From an uncultured Chitinophagaceae bacterium (GTDB lineage Bacteria > Bacteroidota > Bacteroidia > Chitinophagales > LD1), in NCBI GenBank assembly GCA_964398475.1, contig CAYNMP010000003.1, positions 137,269 through 201,268 of the forward strand: a stretch of DNA of 64,000 nucleotides, in the 5' to 3' direction. Positions 49,412-57,561 of the stretch are shown piece after piece; the stretch's first letter is position 1; every line of letters starts with the position of its first letter. The translations under genes were made by a program, and so were the position numbers. The notes beneath the pieces were generated by a model. That model searched no databases and had not been told where the DNA came from. It saw only the letters and a program-made list of their open reading frames with translations.

Positions 49412-50551
49412 TTAGACTACAGTATAAAGAATATAAGCAAAATTGAATCGGGCACTTTCCGGTACCATCATCAAAATTTTATCTCCGGCTTTCAATCGCC
49501 CTGAGCCCATTAATTCTTCCAACATCACAAATGGTGCTGCAACGCCTATGTTTCCTACTTTTGATAGGTTAGTGAACCATTTTTCGGCAGGAATGGCTAA
49601 GCCAATTTCACGCAACTCTTCCTCAATTTTAGGAGCGAAGAAATACGAAGAAAGGTGAGGTAAGAAATAATTTACAGACGAAACATCGAAATTGCGTTTC
49701 GCCACAATATCCTTCAACAATTTACCGCCAAACTTCACAATGTTATTGCCCAACAGGCGAGTATCTTGTTTGATAGCGAATACAGAATCGGAAGCCCAAC
49801 GATGTTGATCGATAGACGCCCAACCTGTGATGGTATGATCGGGATTTTGTAATGCTCCGGCAAACATACAGGTTGGCAATTCGTTGGCGTAAGAACGTTG
49901 GTCAATCCATTCGATTCTTAATGATAGTCCGTTTTTATTGGGTTCTGATTCCAATAATGCAGCCCCTGCGCCATCCGATAACATGAAACGCAAGAAATCT
50001 TTTTCAAAGGCCAATATCGGTTCAGTTTCTAAACGGTCGATTTTTTCGGCCTCTTCTTGGAAATATTTCGATACCATCCAGTGCGACATGCGTTCAGAGC
50101 CCACGCAAACAGCATTATCGGTGAAACCGCCTTGAATCGACATGAAGCTGTATTTCAACGATTGAATGATGTTGCAACAAGCTCCTGACGTAGCCACAAT
50201 CTCGGTTGGAGCGGCTTTTAGTTCGCCTTGTACCATTGAAGTGTGTGAAGGTAAAATCTGATCCGGTGAAGATGTTCCGCAAGCTAAAAGCTGAATATCT
50301 TCTGCTTTGAAACGCTCATCAGTAAGATTTAAAATGGCTTCTTTTGCCAATTGTGCATTAGTATGTGTTGAATTTCCTTGTCTATCGATAGCGTAGTAAC
50401 GCGTTTTGATTTGATTGCTGCGCAAAATAATTGACTTTGCACGCGATGCTTTCCCATTGATTTTACCCAATACATCCTCGATCTCTTCGTTGGCTATAGG
50501 CTCATTCGGAAGAAATTTAGCTAATCTGGTAATATATACACTTCGGCTCAT
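49412..50551 (-). CDS. FabH-type ketosynthase III, DarB-like
   Basis: 379 aa. Catalytic Cys in TSGACCNIIQS, His in YFLPHLSS, Asn in KVGNIGVAAP. The N-terminus SVYITRLAKFLPNEPIANEEIE and the C-terminus resemble the dialkylresorcinol-type KSIII (from memory). Confidence 0.75.
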   Translation of the reverse strand: MSRSVYITRLAKFLPNEPIANEEIEDVLGKINGKASRAKSIILRSNQIKTRYYAIDRQGNSTHTNAQLAKEAILNLTDERFKAEDIQLLACGTSSPDQILPSHTSMVQGELKAAPTEIVATSGACCNIIQSLKYSFMSIQGGFTDNAVCVGSERMSHWMVSKYFQEEAEKIDRLETEPILAFEKDFLRFMLSDGAGAALLESEPNKNGLSLRIEWIDQRSYANELPTCMFAGALQNPDHTITGWASIDQHRWASDSVFAIKQDTRLLGNNIVKFGGKLLKDIVAKRNFDVSSVNYFLPHLSSYFFAPKIEEELREIGLAIPAEKWFTNLSKVGNIGVAAPFVMLEELMGSGRLKAGDKILMMVPESARFNFAYILYTVV

Positions 50552-50745
50552 GTTTACTCTGTAGTTTTCAAAGGTGGTGCAAAGAAATAAAAAAATGTCA
50601 TAATAATTGCGTCTTAACTCCTCACACGCTCGCGGAAAGAAACAACCGATTTTATAAAATGTTCTGTTTCTGATAATTTAGCATTTATCGTGGAAATTAA
50701 TTCCGAACATTGTTTTGAAGTATAGTTCTATCTATTCGGAAAAAT

Positions 50746-51654
50746 ATGTATATGAAGAAGCTCTTATTGCTGTTTTTTTGCCCTTTTTTCATTCCGGCAT
50801 TCGGACAAGAAACCTTTACTGCAGGATATCGCTCCGACTCCATTATAATTGATGGAAAAGCCGATGAATGGCCCATTCCGTTTCGGTTTAGCGATTATAA
50901 CAGCCGAATCGTTTACAATATCAAAAACGATGAATCGTATCTGTATTTTTGTTTTAAAACCGATAATCGAATGACGGTAATGAAGATGCTTCGTTTAGGT
51001 TTTGATATTTCAATAGATACCACCGGTAAAAAGAAAAGGGACTGGCATTTGCAGTTTCCCATGCGCAATGCTCCCGAACACAAACCCGAGGAAGCTCGTA
51101 ATGAACTGCTTGCTGGCGATTTCCGACAAATGCAATTGCGCATGAAATCGGAGGTGAACGCTATGTTAGCCGAAGGATTTATTGGTCTACCGAATCAGGT
51201 TTTATCTTTGGCAAATACTAATGGAATTAAAGCGGCCGTTGATTTCGATAAGGAAAATGCATTTATAGTGGAGCTGGCTATTCCTTTGAATTATATACAA
51301 GTGGGTTATGCTTCTTCAAAAAAGCCTTGGACAATTACACTGAAAATGAATGCACCTCCTGCGCCTATATCAACACTTGGAGGAAATGGGGGTATGGGTA
51401 ACACCGATCGCAAGGGTGGTCTTAACCCGAATTCCATAAATGGTATGAATAACGGAATGAGCGGTGGAATGGGTAATGCCGGTATGAATAATGGTTCCGG
51501 AGCGGGCGCAATGCAAACTCAGGATATGCAACAAGCAGGCTCCAATGGCAATAACGAGTTTGATGAGCAAGAGGCGCAGCTTCAAGGTATTCGAGATGCT
51601 TCATTTTATGAAAGTTCTGAGTGGCGCTTCAAATTGTTATTAGGTTCGAGGTAG
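50746..51654 (+). CDS. Secreted protein with a Gly/Asn/Met-rich low-complexity tail
   Basis: 302 aa with a signal peptide. The IIIDGKADEWP segment is weakly reminiscent of CBM9/DOMON-type modules. Residues about 210-275 are G/N/M-rich (GGNGGMGNTDRKGG...GMNNGMSGGMGNAGMNNGSGAGA). Confidence 0.55.
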   Translation: MYMKKLLLLFFCPFFIPAFGQETFTAGYRSDSIIIDGKADEWPIPFRFSDYNSRIVYNIKNDESYLYFCFKTDNRMTVMKMLRLGFDISIDTTGKKKRDWHLQFPMRNAPEHKPEEARNELLAGDFRQMQLRMKSEVNAMLAEGFIGLPNQVLSLANTNGIKAAVDFDKENAFIVELAIPLNYIQVGYASSKKPWTITLKMNAPPAPISTLGGNGGMGNTDRKGGLNPNSINGMNNGMSGGMGNAGMNNGSGAGAMQTQDMQQAGSNGNNEFDEQEAQLQGIRDASFYESSEWRFKLLLGSR

Positions 51655-51747
51655 AAAAAGTTGGATGTAGATGAAAGGTGTATAAGTTCTAAGTGGTAAT
51701 TCCCGCGTTTTTTTCAACGAAAAGTATATTTACAAAAAATCAGTCCA

Positions 51748-52656
51748 TTGGAAATCAAAAAATTCGCTGCTATTGACATTGGGTCCAACTCTATTCGTTT
51801 GCTGATTGAGCACGTAATGGAAACGGATAAAGAAGTAATGTTCAAAAAGAACTCCTTGATTCGAGTACCTGTTCGTTTGGGCGAAGATGCGTTTGGCGAA
51901 CATAAAATTCCGGAGAAAACTGTTAAACGTTTAGTAGATGCCATGCACGGCTTTCGCTATTTGATGAAAGTAAATGATGTATTGCATTATAAAGGTGGTG
52001 CTACTTCTGCCATGCGTGAAGCCAAGAATGGAGATGCCATTGTTAAGCGTATTGAAAAGGAAACAGGAGTTAAAATTCAAGTGATATCAGGCTCAAATGA
52101 AGCGCGAATGATTTTTGCCAGTCAGCAGATTTTTGCCTCAAAACTGAAAGACAATTGTTTGTTTGTTGATGTTGGCGGAGGAAGCACCGAAATTACCGTT
52201 TTCTCAAAAGGGGAAGTGGTAACGGCTAAGTCGTTCGATATAGGAACATTGCGTATTCTCAACGATCTGGTAACCAAAGATGCGTGGAAAGAAATGCGCG
52301 ATTGGCTGAAAAAGAGCATCGGGAAATTCCCCCATTTTTCGGTTGTAGGATCGGGTGGAAACATTAATCGAATTGCAAAGTTAGCGCAATTGAAACAAGG
52401 GAAAGCCATGCCTGTAGAGACTTTAGCTGAAATTATTGCGCAAATCAAGCCATACTCGTTGGAAGATCGAATGAAGATATTTGATTTAAATCCCGATCGT
52501 GCGGATGTAATTGTACCGGCCGGAGATATATTTCTTACCATTATGAAATTATGCGGAGCAACTAAAATTTTTATTCCTAAAATCGGATTATCTGATGGTA
52601 TGGTGCGGGAAGTGTATGCCGAATATAAATTAGGCATGCGATCTACCTTTGAATAA
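51748..52656 (+). CDS. Ppx/GppA-family phosphatase (exopolyphosphatase-like)
   Basis: 302 aa. N-terminal KFAAIDIGSNSIRLLI and second phosphate motif FVDVGGGSTE. Apparent TTG start at 51748, with no in-frame ATG before the conserved motif. Confidence 0.8.
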   Translation: MEIKKFAAIDIGSNSIRLLIEHVMETDKEVMFKKNSLIRVPVRLGEDAFGEHKIPEKTVKRLVDAMHGFRYLMKVNDVLHYKGGATSAMREAKNGDAIVKRIEKETGVKIQVISGSNEARMIFASQQIFASKLKDNCLFVDVGGGSTEITVFSKGEVVTAKSFDIGTLRILNDLVTKDAWKEMRDWLKKSIGKFPHFSVVGSGGNINRIAKLAQLKQGKAMPVETLAEIIAQIKPYSLEDRMKIFDLNPDRADVIVPAGDIFLTIMKLCGATKIFIPKIGLSDGMVREVYAEYKLGMRSTFE

Positions 52657-52690
52657 GCTAAAATAAGATGAGCCTTTGGCTCCAAGGTCT

Positions 52691-53566
52691 ATGAAAGTTA
52701 CAGGGTTTACCTTTATTCGAAATGCGATAAAATTCGACTATCCGGTAGTGGAGGCCATTACTTCTATTTTACCCATTTGTGACGATTTTGTTGTAGCCGT
52801 GGGGAATTCAGACGATGGAACATTAGCCCTGATTCAATCTATCCATCCCTCCAAAATCCGCATTGTGGAAACTATTTGGGATGATTCCAAACGCGAAGGG
52901 GGGCGTGTGTTGGCACTGGAAACCGACAAAGCCTTTCAAGCTATTGGAAGCGATACAGATTGGTGTTTTTACGTCCAAGGCGATGAAGTGGTGCATGAAA
53001 AAGATTATGCGGCTATTCTAGCGGCTATGCAGCAATATAAAGATGACCCTAAAGTAGATGGATTACTCTTTAATTTTCTTTCGTTTTATGGTTCTTATGA
53101 TTTTGTTGCTGACTCGTATGATTGGGTTCGAAGAGAAGTACGGATACTAAAAAACAACAAAGCATTTTATTCTTATGGAGATGCACTAGGATTTAGAAAA
53201 TATAACAATGAAAAGCTTCGCGCCAAACCAATAAACGCTACTATATACCATTACGGATGGGTTCGTCCGCCTAAAACCATGCAAGAAAAATTGGTGAATT
53301 TCCACAAACTTTGGCATGACGATCAATGGATTGAAGAAAAAATTACGGTAAAAGAATCGGAGTTCGACTATGGTGAAATTGAATGGTTAAGTGCTTTTAG
53401 CGGTTCTCATCCGGCAGTAATGCAAACACGAATGGGAAAGATTAACTGGACTTTTGATTTTGATTTATCGAAGCGAAAAACAAAATTCAAATATCGGGTG
53501 AAGCGTATAATTGAAAAACTCACCGGATTGGTAATCGGTGAGTTTCGCAATTATAAGGTTGTATGA
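52691..53566 (+). CDS. Putative glycosyltransferase (GT2-like)
   Basis: ATG at 52691; the track start 52676 is TTG. N-terminus MKVTGFTFIRNAIKFDYPVVEAI...VAVGNSDDGT and an acidic QGDEV motif. Weak family-level call. Confidence 0.45.
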   Translation: MKVTGFTFIRNAIKFDYPVVEAITSILPICDDFVVAVGNSDDGTLALIQSIHPSKIRIVETIWDDSKREGGRVLALETDKAFQAIGSDTDWCFYVQGDEVVHEKDYAAILAAMQQYKDDPKVDGLLFNFLSFYGSYDFVADSYDWVRREVRILKNNKAFYSYGDALGFRKYNNEKLRAKPINATIYHYGWVRPPKTMQEKLVNFHKLWHDDQWIEEKITVKESEFDYGEIEWLSAFSGSHPAVMQTRMGKINWTFDFDLSKRKTKFKYRVKRIIEKLTGLVIGEFRNYKVV

Positions 53567-53575
53567 ATTTTTAGT

Positions 53576-54295
53576 TTATTCTTTTGAGAACTTTTTAGTG
53601 GCAATCAATTTATTGTTGCTGAATAATTTCACGAAGTAAACACCTTGGTCAAGTGTTTCTGTATTGAGTTCTGCTTCATCGGCACTAGAAAACTCAAGCG
53701 TTTTTGTCATTAGCTTACTGCCAATTACATTGTATAGTTCTATTCTAGCATTTTTCGTATCGGTAAGTCCCATTATCTTCAATTGATCTTTTACCGGATT
53801 AGGATAAAAACGTAAATTTTCAGTTTTGAAATCGTTAATAGCTGTATTAACACAATTAGCAGATGCCGTTATGTCAAAGAGAAAAGTAATGTATTGCAAC
53901 GTATTAGCGCTATCTGCCGTTTCCCATGTTTTAAGCCTAACTTTTCCACTTCCCGGTACACAATACGTATTTAAGTCTATTTTGAAAATTCCGGTAGCAT
54001 TTGCGCCTAGTGTATAGCTATGTGGTGTAGTAAAAGCATCACTTCCCCAACAATGGCCTGGGTCACATACTTGAAAATTACCCCACTCTTTAGGAATCGT
54101 TAACTCTGATTTAGTCCATTTCAAACTTTTTGACATATTAGTGGTATTTTCAGCGGAAAGAAACACTTCTACCACATCGCTTCCGTTTGTAATCGTTTGC
54201 GTAACAGAAGCTGAGTCATTAGGCGTAAACGATATCAATTGTGCGTTCATGGATAGAGAACACAAAGTGGCTAATCCGAGTAGTAGTTTTTTCAT
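53576..54295 (-). CDS. Secreted protein with T9SS C-terminal sorting domain
   Basis: ATG 54295 gives signal peptide MKKLLLGLATLCSLSMNAQ. C-terminus RFYPNPVKDQLKIMGL...GVYFVKLFSNNKLIATKKFSKE. Confidence 0.65.
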   Translation of the reverse strand: MKKLLLGLATLCSLSMNAQLISFTPNDSASVTQTITNGSDVVEVFLSAENTTNMSKSLKWTKSELTIPKEWGNFQVCDPGHCWGSDAFTTPHSYTLGANATGIFKIDLNTYCVPGSGKVRLKTWETADSANTLQYITFLFDITASANCVNTAINDFKTENLRFYPNPVKDQLKIMGLTDTKNARIELYNVIGSKLMTKTLEFSSADEAELNTETLDQGVYFVKLFSNNKLIATKKFSKE

Positions 54296-54379
54296 ATGCT
54301 TAAAATTCAATACAATGTAACTAAAAAAATTCCTACAAAAGAAATGGAATTTGTATTAAGTTTACGAAAAAATTACAAA

Positions 54380-56410
54380 ATGGTTAAATATTCAACACTT
54401 ATTTTGTTGCTCTTAGCAAATTTTATAGCCAAGGCACAAACCTATTATTCGCAAAACTTTAATGCAAGCACAGCCTTACCTGCTGGATATATTCAGTGGA
54501 ATGTTGATGGAAAAACAGTGAGCCCTACCATCGCATCAGATTATAACATAACCTTTGGAACAAACGCATGGAAAATATTTAACGGAGGCGCCAACAAGTT
54601 TGCCATTAGTACTTCTTACTATGCACCGGCAGCTCAGGCAGACGATTGGTTGGTTACACCAAAAATTTCGATTCCTTCCGGTTCTCAAAATGTGGTACTT
54701 TCTTTTTTCTCATTTTGTACCGATGGTAATTATCCAGACGAATTAGAGGTAAGAGTTTCATTAACAGATTCACTTCCTTCTGCTTTTCCTGATTCATTGT
54801 TGGTCTATTCTTCAGTAGGTTCGGGAGAAAGTACTTCAGGAACTACACACGCCATTGACATGACTAAATTTGCAGGTAAATCAGTACGTCTTGCATTTAG
54901 AAATGTAACATACGATGGTGTAATTTTAGGAATTGATGATATCAAATTGTATTCAACAGTAAACTATGATATCGCTGCAACGGACATGTATTTGAGTGAA
55001 CACAATGAATTGGGAGCAACTTTGCCAATTAAAGCAGAGTTCCAAAATCTTGGCGCTAAATATATTGACTCGTTGGCTTTCAATTATAGCGTGAATGGTG
55101 GTCCTGTTGTATCCACTAAAATGAAACCGGCTAATTTTAGCAGTTATATTTTCTCCAATGATTTTCCTTTAAAATCGTTCACGAGTGCAACACCATTTAC
55201 GACATCAACAACCGGAAGCTATGAGATTAAAGTATGGTGCTCAGATTTGAATGGTAATAATATTGATGCAAACCCTGCTAACGATACCCTTTCTCAATTG
55301 GTATTTTTCTATAATGCAAATGCCAATAAGAAAGTATTGATGGAAGAGTTTACCGGAGCATGGTGTGGCTTTTGTCCTGAAGGACACCATTTAATGGATC
55401 AAGCTTTGATTAGCCAGCCAAAATTAATCGGTATTTCTATTCACGATAATCAAGGAAGTGCTAATGCTGATAAAATGCAGGTGCCTGAAGGTCTTGATGT
55501 TTCAAATGCATTTGGTTCAGGTTTCCCATCAGCAACGTTTAACAGACGTTACAGCGAAGTTGATGGATTCTCTACAGGTATTGGAGGTTCACCCCCTTCT
55601 TCTGGATGGGAAAGCGAAACAACAGCTGAGTTGGCTCGTTTGACACCTGTTAATGTTAGTTTTGCCAACAAATTATACGATACAATTACTCGTCAACTTT
55701 CCGTTGATGTTAATGCATCATTCTTAGCTTCATTAAAAGGCGATTTCAGAACCAATTTGTACATAGTAGAAGATTCAGTAATTGGCTCAGGAGCCGGTTA
55801 TGATCAAAAAAATTATTGGTGTGCAGGTTGCGGAAATCCGGAGCCTACAGCGCATTCTTATAGCTTACTGGCCTCAAATCCGGGATATGCACACCAACAC
55901 GTACTTCGCCAAGGATTGGGAGGTGCTTGGGGTACTACAGGTGTTATACCGGCATCAGCCGTTGCCGGAAATAGCTATACTAAAACGTATACAGCAACTT
56001 TACCTGCAGCTTGGAAAGAAAAAAATATTTATTTAGTAGCAACTGTTCAAGAGTACAGTACTGATGAACGTTTCAGATTAATTTTGAATGCTGAAGAGGC
56101 GTCATTACTTGGCGAATTACCTAATGGAATTGCTAAAATCTCGAATGACGATTTTAATAACATGGTAGTATATCCAAATCCTAGTAGTTCTATTTCTAGA
56201 ATTCAATTTGATTTAAAAGCCGATGCGGTTGTGAAAGCATCAGTTGAAAACATTATGGGACAAGAAATTGCCGTTTTACAAAACGAGCAAATGAATGCAG
56301 GAATACACACTATTAATTTTGTTACGGAAAGCCTTTCAAATGGTATCTATTTCGTGAAATTGACCACCAATGGAAATTCGATTACACAAAAGGTAGTTGT
56401 TTCGAGATAA
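54380..56410 (+). CDS. T9SS cargo: choice-of-anchor-J-like N-terminal domain + Omp28-related/thioredoxin-like region + T9SS CTD
   Basis: ATG 54380 gives MVKYSTLILLLLANFIAKAQ. N-terminal YYSQNFNAS...DDWLVTPKISIP. Central EEFTGAWCGFCPEGH (CxxC). C-terminus VVYPNPSSSISRIQF...GIYFVKLTTNGNSITQKVVVSR. Confidence 0.7.
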   Translation: MVKYSTLILLLLANFIAKAQTYYSQNFNASTALPAGYIQWNVDGKTVSPTIASDYNITFGTNAWKIFNGGANKFAISTSYYAPAAQADDWLVTPKISIPSGSQNVVLSFFSFCTDGNYPDELEVRVSLTDSLPSAFPDSLLVYSSVGSGESTSGTTHAIDMTKFAGKSVRLAFRNVTYDGVILGIDDIKLYSTVNYDIAATDMYLSEHNELGATLPIKAEFQNLGAKYIDSLAFNYSVNGGPVVSTKMKPANFSSYIFSNDFPLKSFTSATPFTTSTTGSYEIKVWCSDLNGNNIDANPANDTLSQLVFFYNANANKKVLMEEFTGAWCGFCPEGHHLMDQALISQPKLIGISIHDNQGSANADKMQVPEGLDVSNAFGSGFPSATFNRRYSEVDGFSTGIGGSPPSSGWESETTAELARLTPVNVSFANKLYDTITRQLSVDVNASFLASLKGDFRTNLYIVEDSVIGSGAGYDQKNYWCAGCGNPEPTAHSYSLLASNPGYAHQHVLRQGLGGAWGTTGVIPASAVAGNSYTKTYTATLPAAWKEKNIYLVATVQEYSTDERFRLILNAEEASLLGELPNGIAKISNDDFNNMVVYPNPSSSISRIQFDLKADAVVKASVENIMGQEIAVLQNEQMNAGIHTINFVTESLSNGIYFVKLTTNGNSITQKVVVSR

Positions 56411-56429
56411 TTACTTTCTCAATAAATAG

Positions 56430-56459
56430 AAAACGGCATCCAATTTTGGATGCCGTTTT
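56430..56459. terminator. Bidirectional Rho-independent terminator between convergent genes
   Basis: 12-bp stem aaaacggcatcc (56430-56441) / ggatgccgtttt (56448-56459) with a 6-nt loop. A/T runs at both ends. Confidence 0.8.
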
Positions 56460-56476
56460 CTATTTAAGTTTGCTGC

Positions 56477-57313
56477 TTACTTTTTCAACAAAAACTTCCG
56501 TATCACATTTGTGTCTTGATGCTCTCTTTTAATCTTCAACGATTTTTGCAATAGCTTAAGTAATTCCAATTCCACTTTGGCTTTCATAATTTGTTGAATG
56601 GCTGCATCTTCGAATTGCTCTTTGTATTTTTTAGTAGAAATACGTTTGCCGAAATTGAAATATAATTTTTCCGGTCGCGGAATAATGGTATTGCCAATGC
56701 CTTTCACTAAAGGAGGCACGAAATCTCCACCGCGTAAAAGGGTGTCCATCAGTCCTGTTTTCTCCAGAATTTTACCAAAGAAATTATCGTGGAAGAAATC
56801 GTTCGCATCTTTTACCACCGTGAAGGCTTCTTCTGCTCCTACTGCGGCCACCGGAATAATATCGTAACCGTGCTTCATGGCCATACGCACAAAACCCGTG
56901 CGATCGTTCCATTTCAAGGTGTATTCTTCGCCTTTCTTTTTAAAGGTTTCTCGCGCTCCACCGGGGAAAACAATAATGCTCTCTTTGTTGCGCATCAGTT
57001 CCTCACAATTTTCGCGCGAGGCTTCCACAATGCCCAGTTTTTCCGAAATCATATCACGCCAATAGGGCATTTTAAAATGCATGCGATCGGCTAGGGTTCG
57101 GAGTACAATCCCTTTGCGAATGTATAGTTCAATGGCGAAGGGATAGCCGTCTAAAACGCCCATTACGGAGTGGTTGGTCACATACAATGCGGGTCTGCTT
57201 ACATTCAATTCATCTATACCAATGAACTGCGGATCAAAGTAGAGTTTAAACGGTTTGATGAAATTTTTCGCAAACGTTTTCGATGGTGGTGTAAAATCAA
57301 ATTTCTTTTCCAT
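56477..57313 (-). CDS. Acyltransferase of the LPLAT superfamily (PlsC/MGAT-like)
   Basis: 278 aa. Motifs YVTNHSVMGVLDG and IVFPGGARE resemble acyltransferase motifs I and III. The spacing of motif I is non-canonical. Confidence 0.55.
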   Translation of the reverse strand: MEKKFDFTPPSKTFAKNFIKPFKLYFDPQFIGIDELNVSRPALYVTNHSVMGVLDGYPFAIELYIRKGIVLRTLADRMHFKMPYWRDMISEKLGIVEASRENCEELMRNKESIIVFPGGARETFKKKGEEYTLKWNDRTGFVRMAMKHGYDIIPVAAVGAEEAFTVVKDANDFFHDNFFGKILEKTGLMDTLLRGGDFVPPLVKGIGNTIIPRPEKLYFNFGKRISTKKYKEQFEDAAIQQIMKAKVELELLKLLQKSLKIKREHQDTNVIRKFLLKK

Positions 57314-57324
57314 GGCTCAATATA

Positions 57325-57510
57325 AGGAATTTAGAATTTGATAATGTGATAATGTAGAAATGAAACGATTTAACAATGTGGGAATTTGAAAATTAAGATT
57401 TGACATTTTGCCAATGTGTTGATTTGATGATGGAAGAATTGGAAATTGAGATTTGGCGATTGGAAATTTATTGGTAGGAGAATTTGATAATTGAGATTTG
57501 AAAATTGGTT
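57325..57510 (+). repeat. Inverted-orientation copy of the C-depleted intergenic repeat, upstream of priA
   Basis: 57343-57377 matches the reverse complement of 37937-37971 at 32/35 positions. tttgatgatgga (57423-57434) matches the reverse complement of 37838-37849. Only 6 C in about 186 nt on the + strand. Confidence 0.8.
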
Positions 57511-57561
57511 ATTCAAAACCATGTCTTCCTTTCTATGGAAGAAATACTAATTTAGAAGCTT

